A stretch of DNA of 64,000 nucleotides from Myxococcales bacterium (GCA_047601445.1 JASGJH010000001.1:9248001-9312000); one strand, 5' to 3'; shown: positions 1 through 10,293, counted from the stretch's first letter. Made by a program: numbers and translations. The notes: generated by a model not told the origin, from the sequence alone.

Positions 1-240
1 GGTCGTGAGGTTCTTCGTGCGCAGCGTGAGGCGCCCCTCGTCGGCCTGGATACTGCACCCCAGGGCCGCGAGCGCGGTCTGCATCGTCTGGACGTCGCGG
101 ATGCGTGGGACGTTGTCGAGCACCACCTCATCGTCGGTGAGCAACGTGGCCGCCAGCATGGGCAAGGCCGCGTTCTTGTTGCCCGCAATCGTCACTTCGC
201 CGGATAGGGGCCGACCGCCCTCGATGCGCAAACTATTCAC
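1..240 (-). CDS. murA: UDP-N-acetylglucosamine 1-carboxyvinyltransferase, 5' part (runs off window start)
   Basis: Manual translation from GTG at 240: MNSLRIEGGRPLSGEVTIAGNKNAALPMLAATLLTDDEVVLDNVPRIRDV, the typical MurA N-terminus (GxKNAALP...NVP). Not in the ORF track. Confidence 0.93.
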   Translation of the reverse strand, partial: MNSLRIEGGRPLSGEVTIAGNKNAALPMLAATLLTDDEVVLDNVPRIRDVQTMQTALAALGCSIQADEGRLTLRTKNLTT

Positions 241-511
241 GGGCCCAACTCTACACCTCAGCCTCGCGCGGGTGAAAGTGCGCGCCGGAAACGAGCCGCT
301 GAGGAGCCAGGGTCAAGCGCGAGCAATGCTCGTGGGGAGTCGAAATTCGCGAGGGAAATGAGGAGACGGGAAGGAAAGGCAGAAAAGGGGGCGGGAGAAA
401 GAGCAGATCGGGGGAAGGGGGAGAGCGGTGGCCGTGGCGGCGGCGGTGCCGGGAGACCGTGGCAGTGGCGGTGGCGGTGTTCCTGGCGGGAGAGGCCGTC
501 TACGGTGCGCA

Positions 512-708
512 GCCTGCTGCTTGCCGCTTTGCTGCTTGCCGCCTTGTTGCGTGCCGCTTGCTGCCTGCCGCCCCGGATGGCGGATGGCGGATGGCGGATG
601 GCGGATGGCCGATGGCGGATGGCGGATGGCGGATGGCGGATGGCGGATGGCGGATGGCCGATGGCCGATGGCGGATGGCCGATGGCCGCTAGCCGCCGGC
701 CGCTAGCC
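512..708. repeat. Heptamer tandem repeats: 16 x GATGGC[G/C] (576-687) with degenerate GCYTGCY-type units before and GCTAGCC-type units after
   Basis: Counted directly; the array ends 2 bp from the stop codon of the SPFH gene. Confidence 0.95.
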
Positions 709-710
709 GC

Positions 711-1613
711 CTACTGCGGCAACGCCCCAGCAGCCACGGGTAGTCCGGGATTCCCGGGTTTGTTTTGGGCATTGACGATCACGGGAAGGCCGTCTTTACC
801 GGTGGGCATGAAGAAGTAGCTGGCGCCGTGGTTGTCGTAGGCCTTGTACTGCAGGTAGGCGGGCGTCAGCGTCTTGGCGATGGCGTCCTGGGCCTGGGCT
901 TGGGCCTGGCCGCGGGCGATGATGCCGGCGGCCTCGCCTTCGGCCTGGATGCGGGTGGCGTCGGCTCGACCGCGGGCGGCGGCGCGCACGATCTCGGCGT
1001 CGCGCTCCGCGATCTGCACCTCGTACGTCTTCTGCTCGGCGCGCTGACGGGTGGAGATCTTCTGGGAGATCGAGGCCGTCACGGTGTCGTCGTAGTCAAT
1101 GTGGCGGATGGCCACCTGGTCGACGTCGATGTAGTGCCCCGACGCGATCTTCTGCAGCTTGTCCCGCACCACCTTCTCGATGACGGGGCTCTCCTTGGCC
1201 AGGTCGTTGTGCTGGTGCTGGGAGAACTCCGCGCGCACCAGCGTGATGAACGCCGGCCCCAGGATCTTGCCGTAGTAGTCGTGGCCGATCTCGGTGTGGA
1301 GCTTGTACACCTGGTCCTTGCGCACGTGGTAGGTCACGGTGGCGGTGACCGGAACATGCAGGTTGTCCGCGGTGAGCACGTGCACGACCTCGTCTTTGTT
1401 CTGCGAGGTGATGTCGTAGAGAATGATCGACTTGAAGCCCCACACCTGATAGCGCCCAGGCGCCAGGACTTCGTTCTTCAAGGCTGGGGTGCGGCGGGCT
1501 CGGTACAAGAGCCCTGCCTCGCCGGCGCGTACGCTCTGGGCGCAAGCCCCGGCAAACGAGAGGATGAGCGCCAAAAACAGCAGGCGGGAAAATTCGAGGC
1601 CGCGAAACTCCAT
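711..1613 (-). CDS. SPFH/prohibitin (band 7) family protein, probable lipoprotein
   Basis: VRAGEAGL, VLTADNLHV, IDVDQVAIRHID and an Ala/Glu coiled region (AEGEAAGI...LTPAYLQYK); signal ending SFAGAC. Start set at ATG 1613 (ORF open to 1697). Confidence 0.85.
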   Translation of the reverse strand: MEFRGLEFSRLLFLALILSFAGACAQSVRAGEAGLLYRARRTPALKNEVLAPGRYQVWGFKSIILYDITSQNKDEVVHVLTADNLHVPVTATVTYHVRKDQVYKLHTEIGHDYYGKILGPAFITLVRAEFSQHQHNDLAKESPVIEKVVRDKLQKIASGHYIDVDQVAIRHIDYDDTVTASISQKISTRQRAEQKTYEVQIAERDAEIVRAAARGRADATRIQAEGEAAGIIARGQAQAQAQDAIAKTLTPAYLQYKAYDNHGASYFFMPTGKDGLPVIVNAQNKPGNPGLPVAAGALPQ

Positions 1614-1702
1614 GTCCGGCAGACGGTACGGAGCGCCCTCCGGTTCCTGATTTGGCCCGCGGCTATCGAAAATCCCATCGAAGCCCGCCAGCGCCAAGGA
1701 CC

Positions 1703-3064
1703 TCAGGGCAGGTTTCCGGTGGCGGACAACAAATCGAGCCTGGCTCGACGGGCCGCGTCCTCGGCCACGACCATGGCCGTCTCATCGTCGCGCGCGCGGC
1801 GCTCGGCGTCGATCACCTCGATGTTGGTGGTGGCACCGGCCTCGTAGGCGATGTTGGCCATCTTGAGCGCCTCCTGTCCGAGCTCGGCGGCTCGTGTGGC
1901 CGCGAGGTAGGCCGCATCGGCGTGCTGCACGTCGTTGACGGCGACGCGCACGTCGGACTTGGCCTGCCGAGCCACCGCTTCGAGCTGGGCCCGCGTCTGC
2001 GCGAGCAGCGCTTCGCGCTCCCGATTGAGTCCGATGCGGAAGCCGCCATTGAACAGTGGGATCGTCACCAGGATCTGAGCCTGCCAGCCCGTGCGCGGCT
2101 GGGTGGGGGTACTCGGGTTGTTGTAGAACGGCATGAACTGGCCGTTGACGGTCGGCGTGTAGTCCGCCCACCTGTCTTTCACGACCACGTGCGCCGCGTG
2201 CAGTCGCGCACGACTCGCAAGCACGTCTCCGCGCTCCGGCGGCGTCTCCGAATCTCGTGCGACCTCACCGCTCGTCACCTCCGGCAGTACGAACGCATCC
2301 TCCGCATCGAGCGGACCGTCGGCACCCACCAGCACGCCAAGCGCTTCCTGTGCTTGCAGGAGCGCCGCCAGCGACTGCTCGAGGGAGGCTCGGTTCGACT
2401 CCACCTCGCGCAAGGCGCGCGTGTCATCGAGCTGGTTGCCGATGCCGCCCTCGAAGCGCGTGTGCGCGTAGACGTAGTGGTCCTTCGCGTTCTGCAGCGC
2501 GCGTTGATTCACGTCGATCACGCGTCGCTGGGCCATCACGGCCACGTACGCGTGGGCCGTCGCGAGTGCCACCTGACGCCGCACCTCGACCACGTCCATG
2601 CGATAGCTCTCCACGTTGTTCTTGGATTGCTTCGTCTGGACCCAGCGCGCCGGCGCGAACAGCGGCACGTTCCCCTGCAGGTTGCCCGAGAGCTGGTCCG
2701 CGTTCTGCAGGGTGCGGGATGGCACGGCCTCCATGGTTCCCATCGCCGGCGCGCCCAGAATGACGCGATTGTGATCGAGACGCGTGTAGGATCCGTTGGC
2801 GCTGATGGAAGGCAGCCACAGAGAGCGCACCTGGGTCACCAGGGCCTCGGCGCGCCGCACCTGCTCCAATGCGACACGGGTGTCGGGGTTGTGCGCGACG
2901 GATCGCTCGATGGCCTCGCGTAGCCCGATTCGGGGTAGTGCCGACGCGCTCGCCTCCGCAGGCGGGCTGTCCGCGAACGCGGGACCTTCGACGCCGCACA
3001 ACGCAGCTATCGAAAAGCAGCCCGCAAACAGGGGAATGCCGAAATTTCTTCGCGAACGGCCCAT
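1703..3064 (-). CDS. TolC-family outer membrane efflux protein
   Basis: LREAIERSVAHNPD, WLPSISANG, IPLFNGG, YEAGATTNIEVIDAE are OEP-repeat motifs; start set at ATG 3064 ahead of the signal peptide. Confidence 0.9.
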   Translation of the reverse strand: MGRSRRNFGIPLFAGCFSIAALCGVEGPAFADSPPAEASASALPRIGLREAIERSVAHNPDTRVALEQVRRAEALVTQVRSLWLPSISANGSYTRLDHNRVILGAPAMGTMEAVPSRTLQNADQLSGNLQGNVPLFAPARWVQTKQSKNNVESYRMDVVEVRRQVALATAHAYVAVMAQRRVIDVNQRALQNAKDHYVYAHTRFEGGIGNQLDDTRALREVESNRASLEQSLAALLQAQEALGVLVGADGPLDAEDAFVLPEVTSGEVARDSETPPERGDVLASRARLHAAHVVVKDRWADYTPTVNGQFMPFYNNPSTPTQPRTGWQAQILVTIPLFNGGFRIGLNREREALLAQTRAQLEAVARQAKSDVRVAVNDVQHADAAYLAATRAAELGQEALKMANIAYEAGATTNIEVIDAERRARDDETAMVVAEDAARRARLDLLSATGNLP

Positions 3065-3260
3065 GACGCTCACGCGATAGCACGCGCAATTCCCGGCTGT
3101 CGTCACCTTTTTGAGTCTGGATCTTCTCGGCGAGGCAGCGCGCTGAGATTCGTGACCGTGCCTCGTAGCGCTATGCTCGTAGCTAGCGACTGACCGTCTG
3201 CCGGCGGTCTTCGGCGATGGCCTTCCGCAGGTTGGAACGTCGCCTCCTGGGAACAGGTCC

Positions 3261-6200
3261 ATGTGGTTAGTTCGGATCGCGCTCAAGCACACCTACACGT
3301 TCATCGTGATGGCGATGATGATCGTCCTGATGGGAGTGGTGTCGATTGTCCGCATGCCGACGGACATCTTCCCGAACATCGACATCCCCGTCATTTCGGT
3401 GGTCTGGAACTACGCAGGGTTGGCCCCGGAGGAGATGGAGCGGCGCATCGTCAACAGCTACGAGCGCGTGTTGACCACCACCGTCAACGACATCGAGCAC
3501 ATCGAGAGCCAGTCCCTGTTTGGCATGTCGATCATCAAGATCTTCTTCCAGCCAGGCGCCAAGGTCGAGGCTGCCATCGCCGAGGTGACCGCCATCTCGC
3601 AGACGGTGCTGCGCCAGATGCCCGTGGGCACCACGCCGCCCCTGGTCATTCGCTATAGCGCCTCGAATGTGCCTATTTTGCAGCTCGCGCTGGGCGGCAA
3701 GAACCTGAGCGAGCAGCAGCTGTTCGATCTGGGCATGAACTTCATCCGCGCCGACCTGGCCACCGTGCCGGGCGCGCAGAACCCCTTTCCCTACGGCGGG
3801 CGCAACCGGCAGGTCATGATCGACATCGATCCGCCGCGGCTCTACGCACGCGGTCTGTCGCCCCGCGATGTGAACGCAGCGCTCGGCACGCAGAACGTGG
3901 TCCTACCCACCGGCACCGCGAAGATGGGCGTCATCGAGTACCCCATCGCCGTCAATAGCAGCCCCGCCGTGCTCGACGAGATCGCCAATCTCCCCGTGCG
4001 CACCGTGAATGGGACACAAATTTTCATCCGCGACGTGGCCTCGGTGCGCGACGGCTACTCCCCCCAGACGAGCATGGTGCACGTGGAGGGCAAGCGCTCC
4101 GTGCTGATGAGCATCCTCAAGAATGGTAACGCCAGCACGCTCGACGTGGTGGCCGCCATCCGCGAGAAGCTGCCGCTCACGCTGGCGCGCCTGACCAAGG
4201 ACCTCAAGGTCTCGCTGCTCTTCGATCAGTCGCTGTTCGTGCGGGCCGCAGTCGAGGGCGTGCTGCACGAGGCCATGATCGCCGCGAGCCTCACCGCGCT
4301 GATGATTTTGCTGTTCCTCGGCAGCTGGCGCAGCACGTTGATCGTCGTCATCTCGATTCCGCTCTCTATTTTGGTCTCCATCTCGGTGCTGCATTTTCTG
4401 GGGCACACGCTCAACGTCATGACCCTCGGTGGTCTGGCGCTCGCGGTAGGTATCCTGGTCGACGACGCGACCGTGGAGGTGGAGAACATCCACCGCAACA
4501 TGGTGCACCAGCCGACCATGGTGCGGGCCATCCTCACGGGAGCGCAGGAAATCGCCGCGCCCGCCTTCGTGGCCACGCTCTGCATTTGCATCGTCTTCGT
4601 GCCGGTGGCGTTCATCACGGGCTCGGCCAAATCCCTGTTCGTGCCGCTGGCGCTGGCCGTGGTGTTCGCCATGCTCACGTCCTACGGCTTGTCCCGTACC
4701 TTGGTGCCCACGCTGGCCCGGCTGTTGTTGCGCAAAGAGCAGCACGAGCACGGGCACCCGAGTCGTCGCGGGCTGTGGACGCGCTTCGTGCTCGCCTTCG
4801 ACCGCGGCTTCGATCACATGCGCGCGCGCTACGGCAAGTTGCTCGCGTGGTGTCTGCACAACCGGCCCCTCTTCATCACCACCTTCGCGGTCCTCGTGCT
4901 GTGCTCGCTCAGCCTGTTTCCACTGATCGGTCGCGACTTCTTCCCCACCGTGGACGCGGGCTTGATCAAGCTGCACGTGCGGGGCGTCCCCGGGACGCGA
5001 ATCGAGGAGACCGAGCGTCGCATCGGGGCCATCGAGGACACCATCCGCCGCATCATCCCGCCTCACGAGATCGAGACCATGCTCGACAACATCGGCATGC
5101 CGATCAGCGGGATCAACCTGTCGCTGAGCGAGGGCGCGCTGATCTCCTCGGCGGACGCGCAGATCTTCGTGGCGCTCAAGAAGGAGCACCGGCCCACCGA
5201 CAGTTACGTGCAAGCCCTGCGCAAGGAGCTCGCTCGCAAGTACCCCGAGAACACGTTCTTCTTCCTGGCGCCTGACATCTCCACCCAGGTGCTCAACTTC
5301 GGGTTGCCCGCGCCCATCGACGTGCAGGTCACGGGGGCCGTGGGAGCCGACACGGAGACCTACAAGATCGCGCATCAGGTCATGACCGAGGTGCGCACGG
5401 TGAAGGGCGCGGTCGACGTACACATGGCGCAGGTTCCGGCCACGCCGCAGATCAAAGTCGACATCGATCGCACCAAGGCGGCCCAGGTAGGCCTCAGCCA
5501 GCGCGACGTGGCGAGCGACCTCTTCGTGTCGCTGTCGTCGAGCGGCCAGGCTGCGCCGAGCTTCTGGGTCGATCCCAAGCGTGGCGTGCAATATCTGGTG
5601 GCAGTACAGACTCCGCAGTACGAGAACAACTCGCTGGACTCCTTGAACGCCACGCCGGTCTCCACGCTGAGTGGCCCGCAGTTGATGGGGAACCTGGCGT
5701 CGGTCTCGCGCACGAGCGGGCCCGTCAACATCACCCACTACAACATCGCGCGCACCTATGACGTGCAGGCCAATGTGGCGGGCACCGATCTCAACGCTGT
5801 GGCCAAGGGCGTGCAACGCATCCTCGATGAGATCACGCCCAAGCTGCCCAAGGGCACCACGCTCACGCTCAAGGGGCAGGTCGAGAGCATGGCCTCGTCG
5901 TTTCGAGGTCTGACCTACGGTCTCGGGTTCGCCGTGGTGCTCGTGTATCTGCTGATGGTGGTGAACTTCCAGTCGTGGCTCGACCCGCTCGTGATCTTGA
6001 TGGCTTTGCCTGGCGCCCTGAGCGGCATCCTGTGGATGCTCTATCTCACGGGGACCACCATCAGCGTTCCGGCTCTGATGGGCTCCATCATGTGCGTGGG
6101 TGTGGCGACCGCCAACAGTATCCTGGTAGTGACCTTCGCCAACGAGCAGCGCGACGTGGGGCGCGACGCACTGACCGCAGCGCTGGCCTCTGGCATGACG

Positions 6201-6422
6201 CGCCTGCGACCCGTGATCATGACGGCGTTCGCCATGATCATCGGCATGTTCCCGATGTCTCTGGGGCTCGGCGAAGGCGGCGAGCAGAACGCTCCGCTGG
6301 GGCGTGCCGTCATCGGGGGGCTGACCCTGGCCACCCTTTCGACCTTGTTCTTCGTACCCGTGATGTACAGTCTGCTGCGCACGCGCGTGAGACCGCACGA
6401 TCCGGAGTTGGACGGCTTATGA
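3261..6422 (+). CDS. RND efflux transporter permease subunit (AcrB/AcrD/AcrF family)
   Basis: 1053 aa; DIFPNIDIP, GILVDDATVEVENI, RLRPVIMT, PLGRAVIGG motifs. Confidence 0.96.
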   Translation: MWLVRIALKHTYTFIVMAMMIVLMGVVSIVRMPTDIFPNIDIPVISVVWNYAGLAPEEMERRIVNSYERVLTTTVNDIEHIESQSLFGMSIIKIFFQPGAKVEAAIAEVTAISQTVLRQMPVGTTPPLVIRYSASNVPILQLALGGKNLSEQQLFDLGMNFIRADLATVPGAQNPFPYGGRNRQVMIDIDPPRLYARGLSPRDVNAALGTQNVVLPTGTAKMGVIEYPIAVNSSPAVLDEIANLPVRTVNGTQIFIRDVASVRDGYSPQTSMVHVEGKRSVLMSILKNGNASTLDVVAAIREKLPLTLARLTKDLKVSLLFDQSLFVRAAVEGVLHEAMIAASLTALMILLFLGSWRSTLIVVISIPLSILVSISVLHFLGHTLNVMTLGGLALAVGILVDDATVEVENIHRNMVHQPTMVRAILTGAQEIAAPAFVATLCICIVFVPVAFITGSAKSLFVPLALAVVFAMLTSYGLSRTLVPTLARLLLRKEQHEHGHPSRRGLWTRFVLAFDRGFDHMRARYGKLLAWCLHNRPLFITTFAVLVLCSLSLFPLIGRDFFPTVDAGLIKLHVRGVPGTRIEETERRIGAIEDTIRRIIPPHEIETMLDNIGMPISGINLSLSEGALISSADAQIFVALKKEHRPTDSYVQALRKELARKYPENTFFFLAPDISTQVLNFGLPAPIDVQVTGAVGADTETYKIAHQVMTEVRTVKGAVDVHMAQVPATPQIKVDIDRTKAAQVGLSQRDVASDLFVSLSSSGQAAPSFWVDPKRGVQYLVAVQTPQYENNSLDSLNATPVSTLSGPQLMGNLASVSRTSGPVNITHYNIARTYDVQANVAGTDLNAVAKGVQRILDEITPKLPKGTTLTLKGQVESMASSFRGLTYGLGFAVVLVYLLMVVNFQSWLDPLVILMALPGALSGILWMLYLTGTTISVPALMGSIMCVGVATANSILVVTFANEQRDVGRDALTAALASGMTRLRPVIMTAFAMIIGMFPMSLGLGEGGEQNAPLGRAVIGGLTLATLSTLFFVPVMYSLLRTRVRPHDPELDGL

Positions 6423-7684
6423 GCACGCGCAAATCGGACCATGACCTGCCTCCCTCGGAGCCGCCGGCCACGCCGCCCTCGGCTGACCTGGGCTTCGATC
6501 TGCCCGAGCCTCCCAAGGTCAGCCGACGACGCGTGGCGCTCGTGCTCATCGGACTCGCGATTTGCGTGGGTGTTGCATTCGTGGCCGGCTACCTCCCCAA
6601 GCACGAGGCCGACGCTCAGCTCGAAGAGCGCACGCCCAAGAGCGGCGCACACAGCGCACGCGTGGCCACGCTGGAGCCCAAGCTCCTGCGCAAGGACTCC
6701 GAGATCGAGCTGCCTGGCAGCGTGCAGCCGCTGGCGGAAGCCACCCTGTACCCGCAGGCGAATGGCTACATCAAGCGCTTCCTGGTCGACATCGGGGCCC
6801 ACGTGAAGGAAGGCGAGCTGCTGGCGGAGATCGAAACGCCAGCGCTGGATCAGGAGCTCGATCAAGCGAAAGCCGAGTTGGTCCAGGCCGAGGCCACGCA
6901 CAAGCAGACCGAGGCCGCCCGCGACTTCTCCAACACGAGCTTGAACCGCTATGCCGTGCTGAAGCCGTCCGGGGTGGCCTCCCAGCAAGAGCTCGATCAG
7001 CGCCGTTCCGAGGCCCTGGTGAGCGAGTCGAACGTGGCCGCCGCGCAGGCCGCCATCGCCGTGCAAAAGGCCAACATTCGTCGCCTGATCAAGCTGCTCG
7101 AGTTCTCGCGGGTCACGGCGCCCTTCGAGGGCATCATCACGATGCGCTCCATCGATCGCGGTACCCTGGTGACGTCTGGAAACAGCACGCCCATGTTTCG
7201 TCTGGTGGCCACGGATCCCGTGCGCGTGTTCGTGCAGGTGCCCCAAGACGTGGCGCCCACGGTGAGCGTCGGCACCAAGGCCGAGGTCCGCGTGCGCGAG
7301 TTCCCCGGGCGCATCTTCGAGGGCGAGGTGAAGCACACGGCGGGTGCGCTCGACATGGCCACCCGCACCATGACCACCGAGGTGCGCGTTCCCAACCCGA
7401 ACAACGAGCTCCTCACGGGCATGTACAGCAACGTGAGCTTCAAGCTCAAGAGCCCGCATCCAGTCTACGAGGTCCCTGGCACCGCCCTGTACAACGACTC
7501 CCAGGGGCTGCGACTGGCCACGGTGGACGCCCAGAATCGCATCCGCTTCGTGAAGGTCACCATCGAGCGAGACCTCGGCTCCACGCTGCAGATCGCGAGC
7601 GGCCTCTCGGGCGACGAGCGCATCGTCCGGCTCGCCAATGCGTCGCTCATGGAAGGCACGCTGGTCGAGGTGGATGGCGAGTAG
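6419..7684 (+). CDS. RND efflux periplasmic adaptor (membrane fusion protein)
   Basis: ATGA overlap with RND stop; one TM segment, lipoyl-like halves (VDIGAHVKEGELLAEI, VTAPFEGII), NPNNELLTGMY. Confidence 0.93.
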   Translation: MSTRKSDHDLPPSEPPATPPSADLGFDLPEPPKVSRRRVALVLIGLAICVGVAFVAGYLPKHEADAQLEERTPKSGAHSARVATLEPKLLRKDSEIELPGSVQPLAEATLYPQANGYIKRFLVDIGAHVKEGELLAEIETPALDQELDQAKAELVQAEATHKQTEAARDFSNTSLNRYAVLKPSGVASQQELDQRRSEALVSESNVAAAQAAIAVQKANIRRLIKLLEFSRVTAPFEGIITMRSIDRGTLVTSGNSTPMFRLVATDPVRVFVQVPQDVAPTVSVGTKAEVRVREFPGRIFEGEVKHTAGALDMATRTMTTEVRVPNPNNELLTGMYSNVSFKLKSPHPVYEVPGTALYNDSQGLRLATVDAQNRIRFVKVTIERDLGSTLQIASGLSGDERIVRLANASLMEGTLVEVDGE

Positions 7685-7686
7685 CG

Positions 7687-8577
7687 TCAGCGCGTGGGGG
7701 TGAGAGCTGCGCGATTGGCCGCTAGAAAATCCCGCAGGCTGGTGGGCTTTTGCCCGGTCAGGTCGAGTACGGTGTCGCTGACGTCGGCCAGGCCACCGCG
7801 CGAGACGCAGAGGTCGAATGAAGCATAGGTCTGGGCCAACGGCTCTGGCAGGCCATGCTGGACCATGCCGTTCACGAGTTGATCCACCGACACTCCGCGA
7901 CGTTCGATGGGACGTCCGCCGAGCTCGCTGGCGAGGCGCGCCAGGTCGTCCCCCGAGAGCGCTTCGGGGCCCGTGACGTCGAGCACGCGCCGTCCATCGA
8001 AGCGGCGGTCGGCGAGCGCGGCTGCGGCAACGCGTGCGCAGTCTTCGCGGGTGACGTAGGCGACGCGTCCCTGGGCCTTGGCGTCCACCAGCTGTCCGGC
8101 CGCGATGGCCGCGGGCAGGCTGAACAGCAAGAGATCGCTGTACATGTTGTTACGCAGCACGCTGAAGCCCAGCGGCGAGTCGCTCAAGCAGCGCTCCGTG
8201 GCGGCGTGGTCCGGAGCCACGAGGGCCGCCGAGCCTTCGGGGCGTGGAAACGAGGTGTACACCACGTGGGAAGCGCCTGCGGACGCCAGGGCCTTCACGG
8301 CGCGCTGGTGTTGTGCGATGCGCTTGCCGGGCTCCATGAGCTCATCGGTGCTCACGAGCAGCGCGCGGCCCGCGCCCGCGAATGCGCGTGCCATCGATCC
8401 CTCGTCGTCGAAGTCGGCGCGCCGCACGTCCACCCCGCGCGCGGCAAGATCCGCGAGCCGGCCAGGGTCGCGCGTGGTCGCGATCAACGGACCCGCCTCG
8501 CGCCCGAGCAGGTGCTCCAGCACCGAACGACCCAGTTTCCCTGAAGCTCCCGTGACCAGTAGCGCTGACTGCGACAT
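7687..8577 (-). CDS. NmrA-like/atypical SDR NAD(P)H-binding oxidoreductase (YtfG/QorB-like)
   Basis: LVTGASGKLG Rossmann motif, RRADFDD, HAATE, LRNNMY, YVTREDCA, DVTGPEAL. Confidence 0.9.
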   Translation of the reverse strand: MSQSALLVTGASGKLGRSVLEHLLGREAGPLIATTRDPGRLADLAARGVDVRRADFDDEGSMARAFAGAGRALLVSTDELMEPGKRIAQHQRAVKALASAGASHVVYTSFPRPEGSAALVAPDHAATERCLSDSPLGFSVLRNNMYSDLLLFSLPAAIAAGQLVDAKAQGRVAYVTREDCARVAAAALADRRFDGRRVLDVTGPEALSGDDLARLASELGGRPIERRGVSVDQLVNGMVQHGLPEPLAQTYASFDLCVSRGGLADVSDTVLDLTGQKPTSLRDFLAANRAALTPTR

Positions 8578-8653
8578 GACGTCCTCCTGGGAGATAAACT
8601 GCGCCTGGTGGGAGCATGAAACAATGTCGTAGAATGAGCATCACTGGTGCAGG

Positions 8654-9575
8654 ATGGGAACAATCGATTTGAACCTGGTACGGGCTGCGGTGGCCGTGCA
8701 CGAGAGCGGCAGCTTCTCCGGGGCGGCGGCGCGGCTCGGGGTACCTCGCTCGAGCGTGAGCAGGAGCGTGGCGGCGCTCGAGGATGCCCTCGGTCTGCGC
8801 CTGTTCCAGCGCACCACACGCAAGGTGGCCACCACGCAGGCGGGGCTGTCGTTGATCGATCGCGTGAAGCCCGCTCTGGCAAACCTCGAGGCGGGGCTGT
8901 CGGACGTGCCGGAGCGCCAGGAAGAGCCGAGCGGCACCCTGCGCATCACGGCGACGGCGGATTCTGGCGACCGTGGTGCTGGCCGAGGCCGTGACCCGCT
9001 TTGCGGCGCGCTACCCGCAGGTGCGCGTGGAGATGCTCGCCAGCCCTGGCTATCAAGATCTCGTGCGTGAAGGGCTCGATCTGGCCTTGCGCATCGCGAT
9101 GAAGCCGCTGGCCGAGTCCTCGCCCGTGGTCCGCAAGGTTGGCGTCGTCGCCGTGTGCTTGTACGCGTCGCCGCTCTACCTGGCGCGACACGGCGTGCCG
9201 CGCTCCGAGGCGGAGATGGCAGACCACGACTTGATTGCATTTCAGGGCACTCCGTCGTGGTTGGGTCGCAACGGCCGCTCGGCGCTCGCGAAGCGGGTTC
9301 CTCGCATCGAGTGCAATGACATGTTCTTTGCCCGTGAGGTGTTGCGCGGAGGAGCCGGCGTGGGAGCTTTGCCGACCTTCATCGCCGAGCAAGACCTGGA
9401 GAGCGGGAGCCTGGTGCGGGTGCTGCCGCGCTGGAGCGTGCAGGTGGGGAGCGTGTACCTCGTGCACGCGGGCAAGAAGCACGTGCCCAGCCGTGTGACG
9501 GCGTTTCGCGGTTTGTTGCTCGAGACGCTGGAGCGTCGCCCTCTGTCGCCCCCGGCGGACGCGCGAGCACGCTAG
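8654..9575 (+). CDS. LysR-family transcriptional regulator, split by a +1 frameshift near 8962
   Basis: HTH (GSFSGAAARLG...RLFQRTTRKV) in ORF 8654; substrate-binding domain (DLVREGLDLALR, YASPLYL) in ORF 8973; removing one T of GATTCTG joins them. Confidence 0.9.
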
Positions 9576-9592
9576 GGGAGAAGAACCGAGGC

Positions 9593-10201
9593 TCAGGAAT
9601 GTTCGTGCCAGCGCTTGCGGAGGCGTTCCTTCAGGAGCTGGAGGCGCTTGCGGAGACGGGCGGCCTCGCGCTCTACGGCGTCGGTGTCGGCCTCCGGTTG
9701 GCCGAGTGTCACCAGGGCGATCTCGGCGAACTCGAGCTCGCGATCCAGGCGCAGCGTGAGGAGCAGCTGGTCCTCCTCGCTGAGGTCCTTGCGCAGCTCC
9801 TCGAGACGTCGCTCGCGCTCGCTGCCTGCGCTGCCCAGGCTCGTGTGGCGCGCGCGGGCCGCGGCCTGTTCCACGGCGTCCGGGACGGCCGAGAGCGGGA
9901 CCCGCGTGCGCTGACGTTTGAGGTCGCGCATGGCAAAGCGCTTGCCCGCGTTGCGCGCCAACGTGAAGACCCACGCTCGCACCGAGCAGCGAAAGGCAAA
10001 GCCGGGTAAGCCAAGCCACAGATCCTCGGCGAACATGGAGAACACGTCGGCGCTGTGCTGTTCGACGCGAAAGCGCCCGTGGATGAAGCGCGCAACGTCG
10101 CCGCCCAGCTCCGCCAGGATGGTTTCGGCCGCCGAGGCATAGTTCCCGGCTGCGCAGGCCGCTTGCACGGCAGCATCGAGGGGCGCCGTGGTGGGCGTCA
10201 T
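9593..10201 (-). CDS. ECF-type RNA polymerase sigma factor (myxobacterial type)
   Basis: Region 2 (FRCSVRAWVFTLARN) and region 4 (LSEEDQLLLTLR...LEFAEIA...LRKRLQLLKERL). Confidence 0.85.
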   Translation of the reverse strand: MTPTTAPLDAAVQAACAAGNYASAAETILAELGGDVARFIHGRFRVEQHSADVFSMFAEDLWLGLPGFAFRCSVRAWVFTLARNAGKRFAMRDLKRQRTRVPLSAVPDAVEQAAARARHTSLGSAGSERERRLEELRKDLSEEDQLLLTLRLDRELEFAEIALVTLGQPEADTDAVEREAARLRKRLQLLKERLRKRWHEHS

Positions 10202-10293
10202 GGGACTCCGGTCGGGTGATTGGGCCCAATCCGCGGGGCCTCATGCGGTAGGATGCGCCATGCCCGGGCCTGGCCCGAGCCCACGCTGCGCGC

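Noticed and set aside
576..687. Possible CRISPR array (also considered at 13080-13208, 23930-24410 and 55860-56030)
   Set aside because: No constant repeat separated by unique spacers of regular length, and no cas genes.
358..819. ORFs encoding MADGGWR repeats
   Set aside because: The same peptide appears in all three frames, as expected from a 7-bp tandem repeat; no coding signal.
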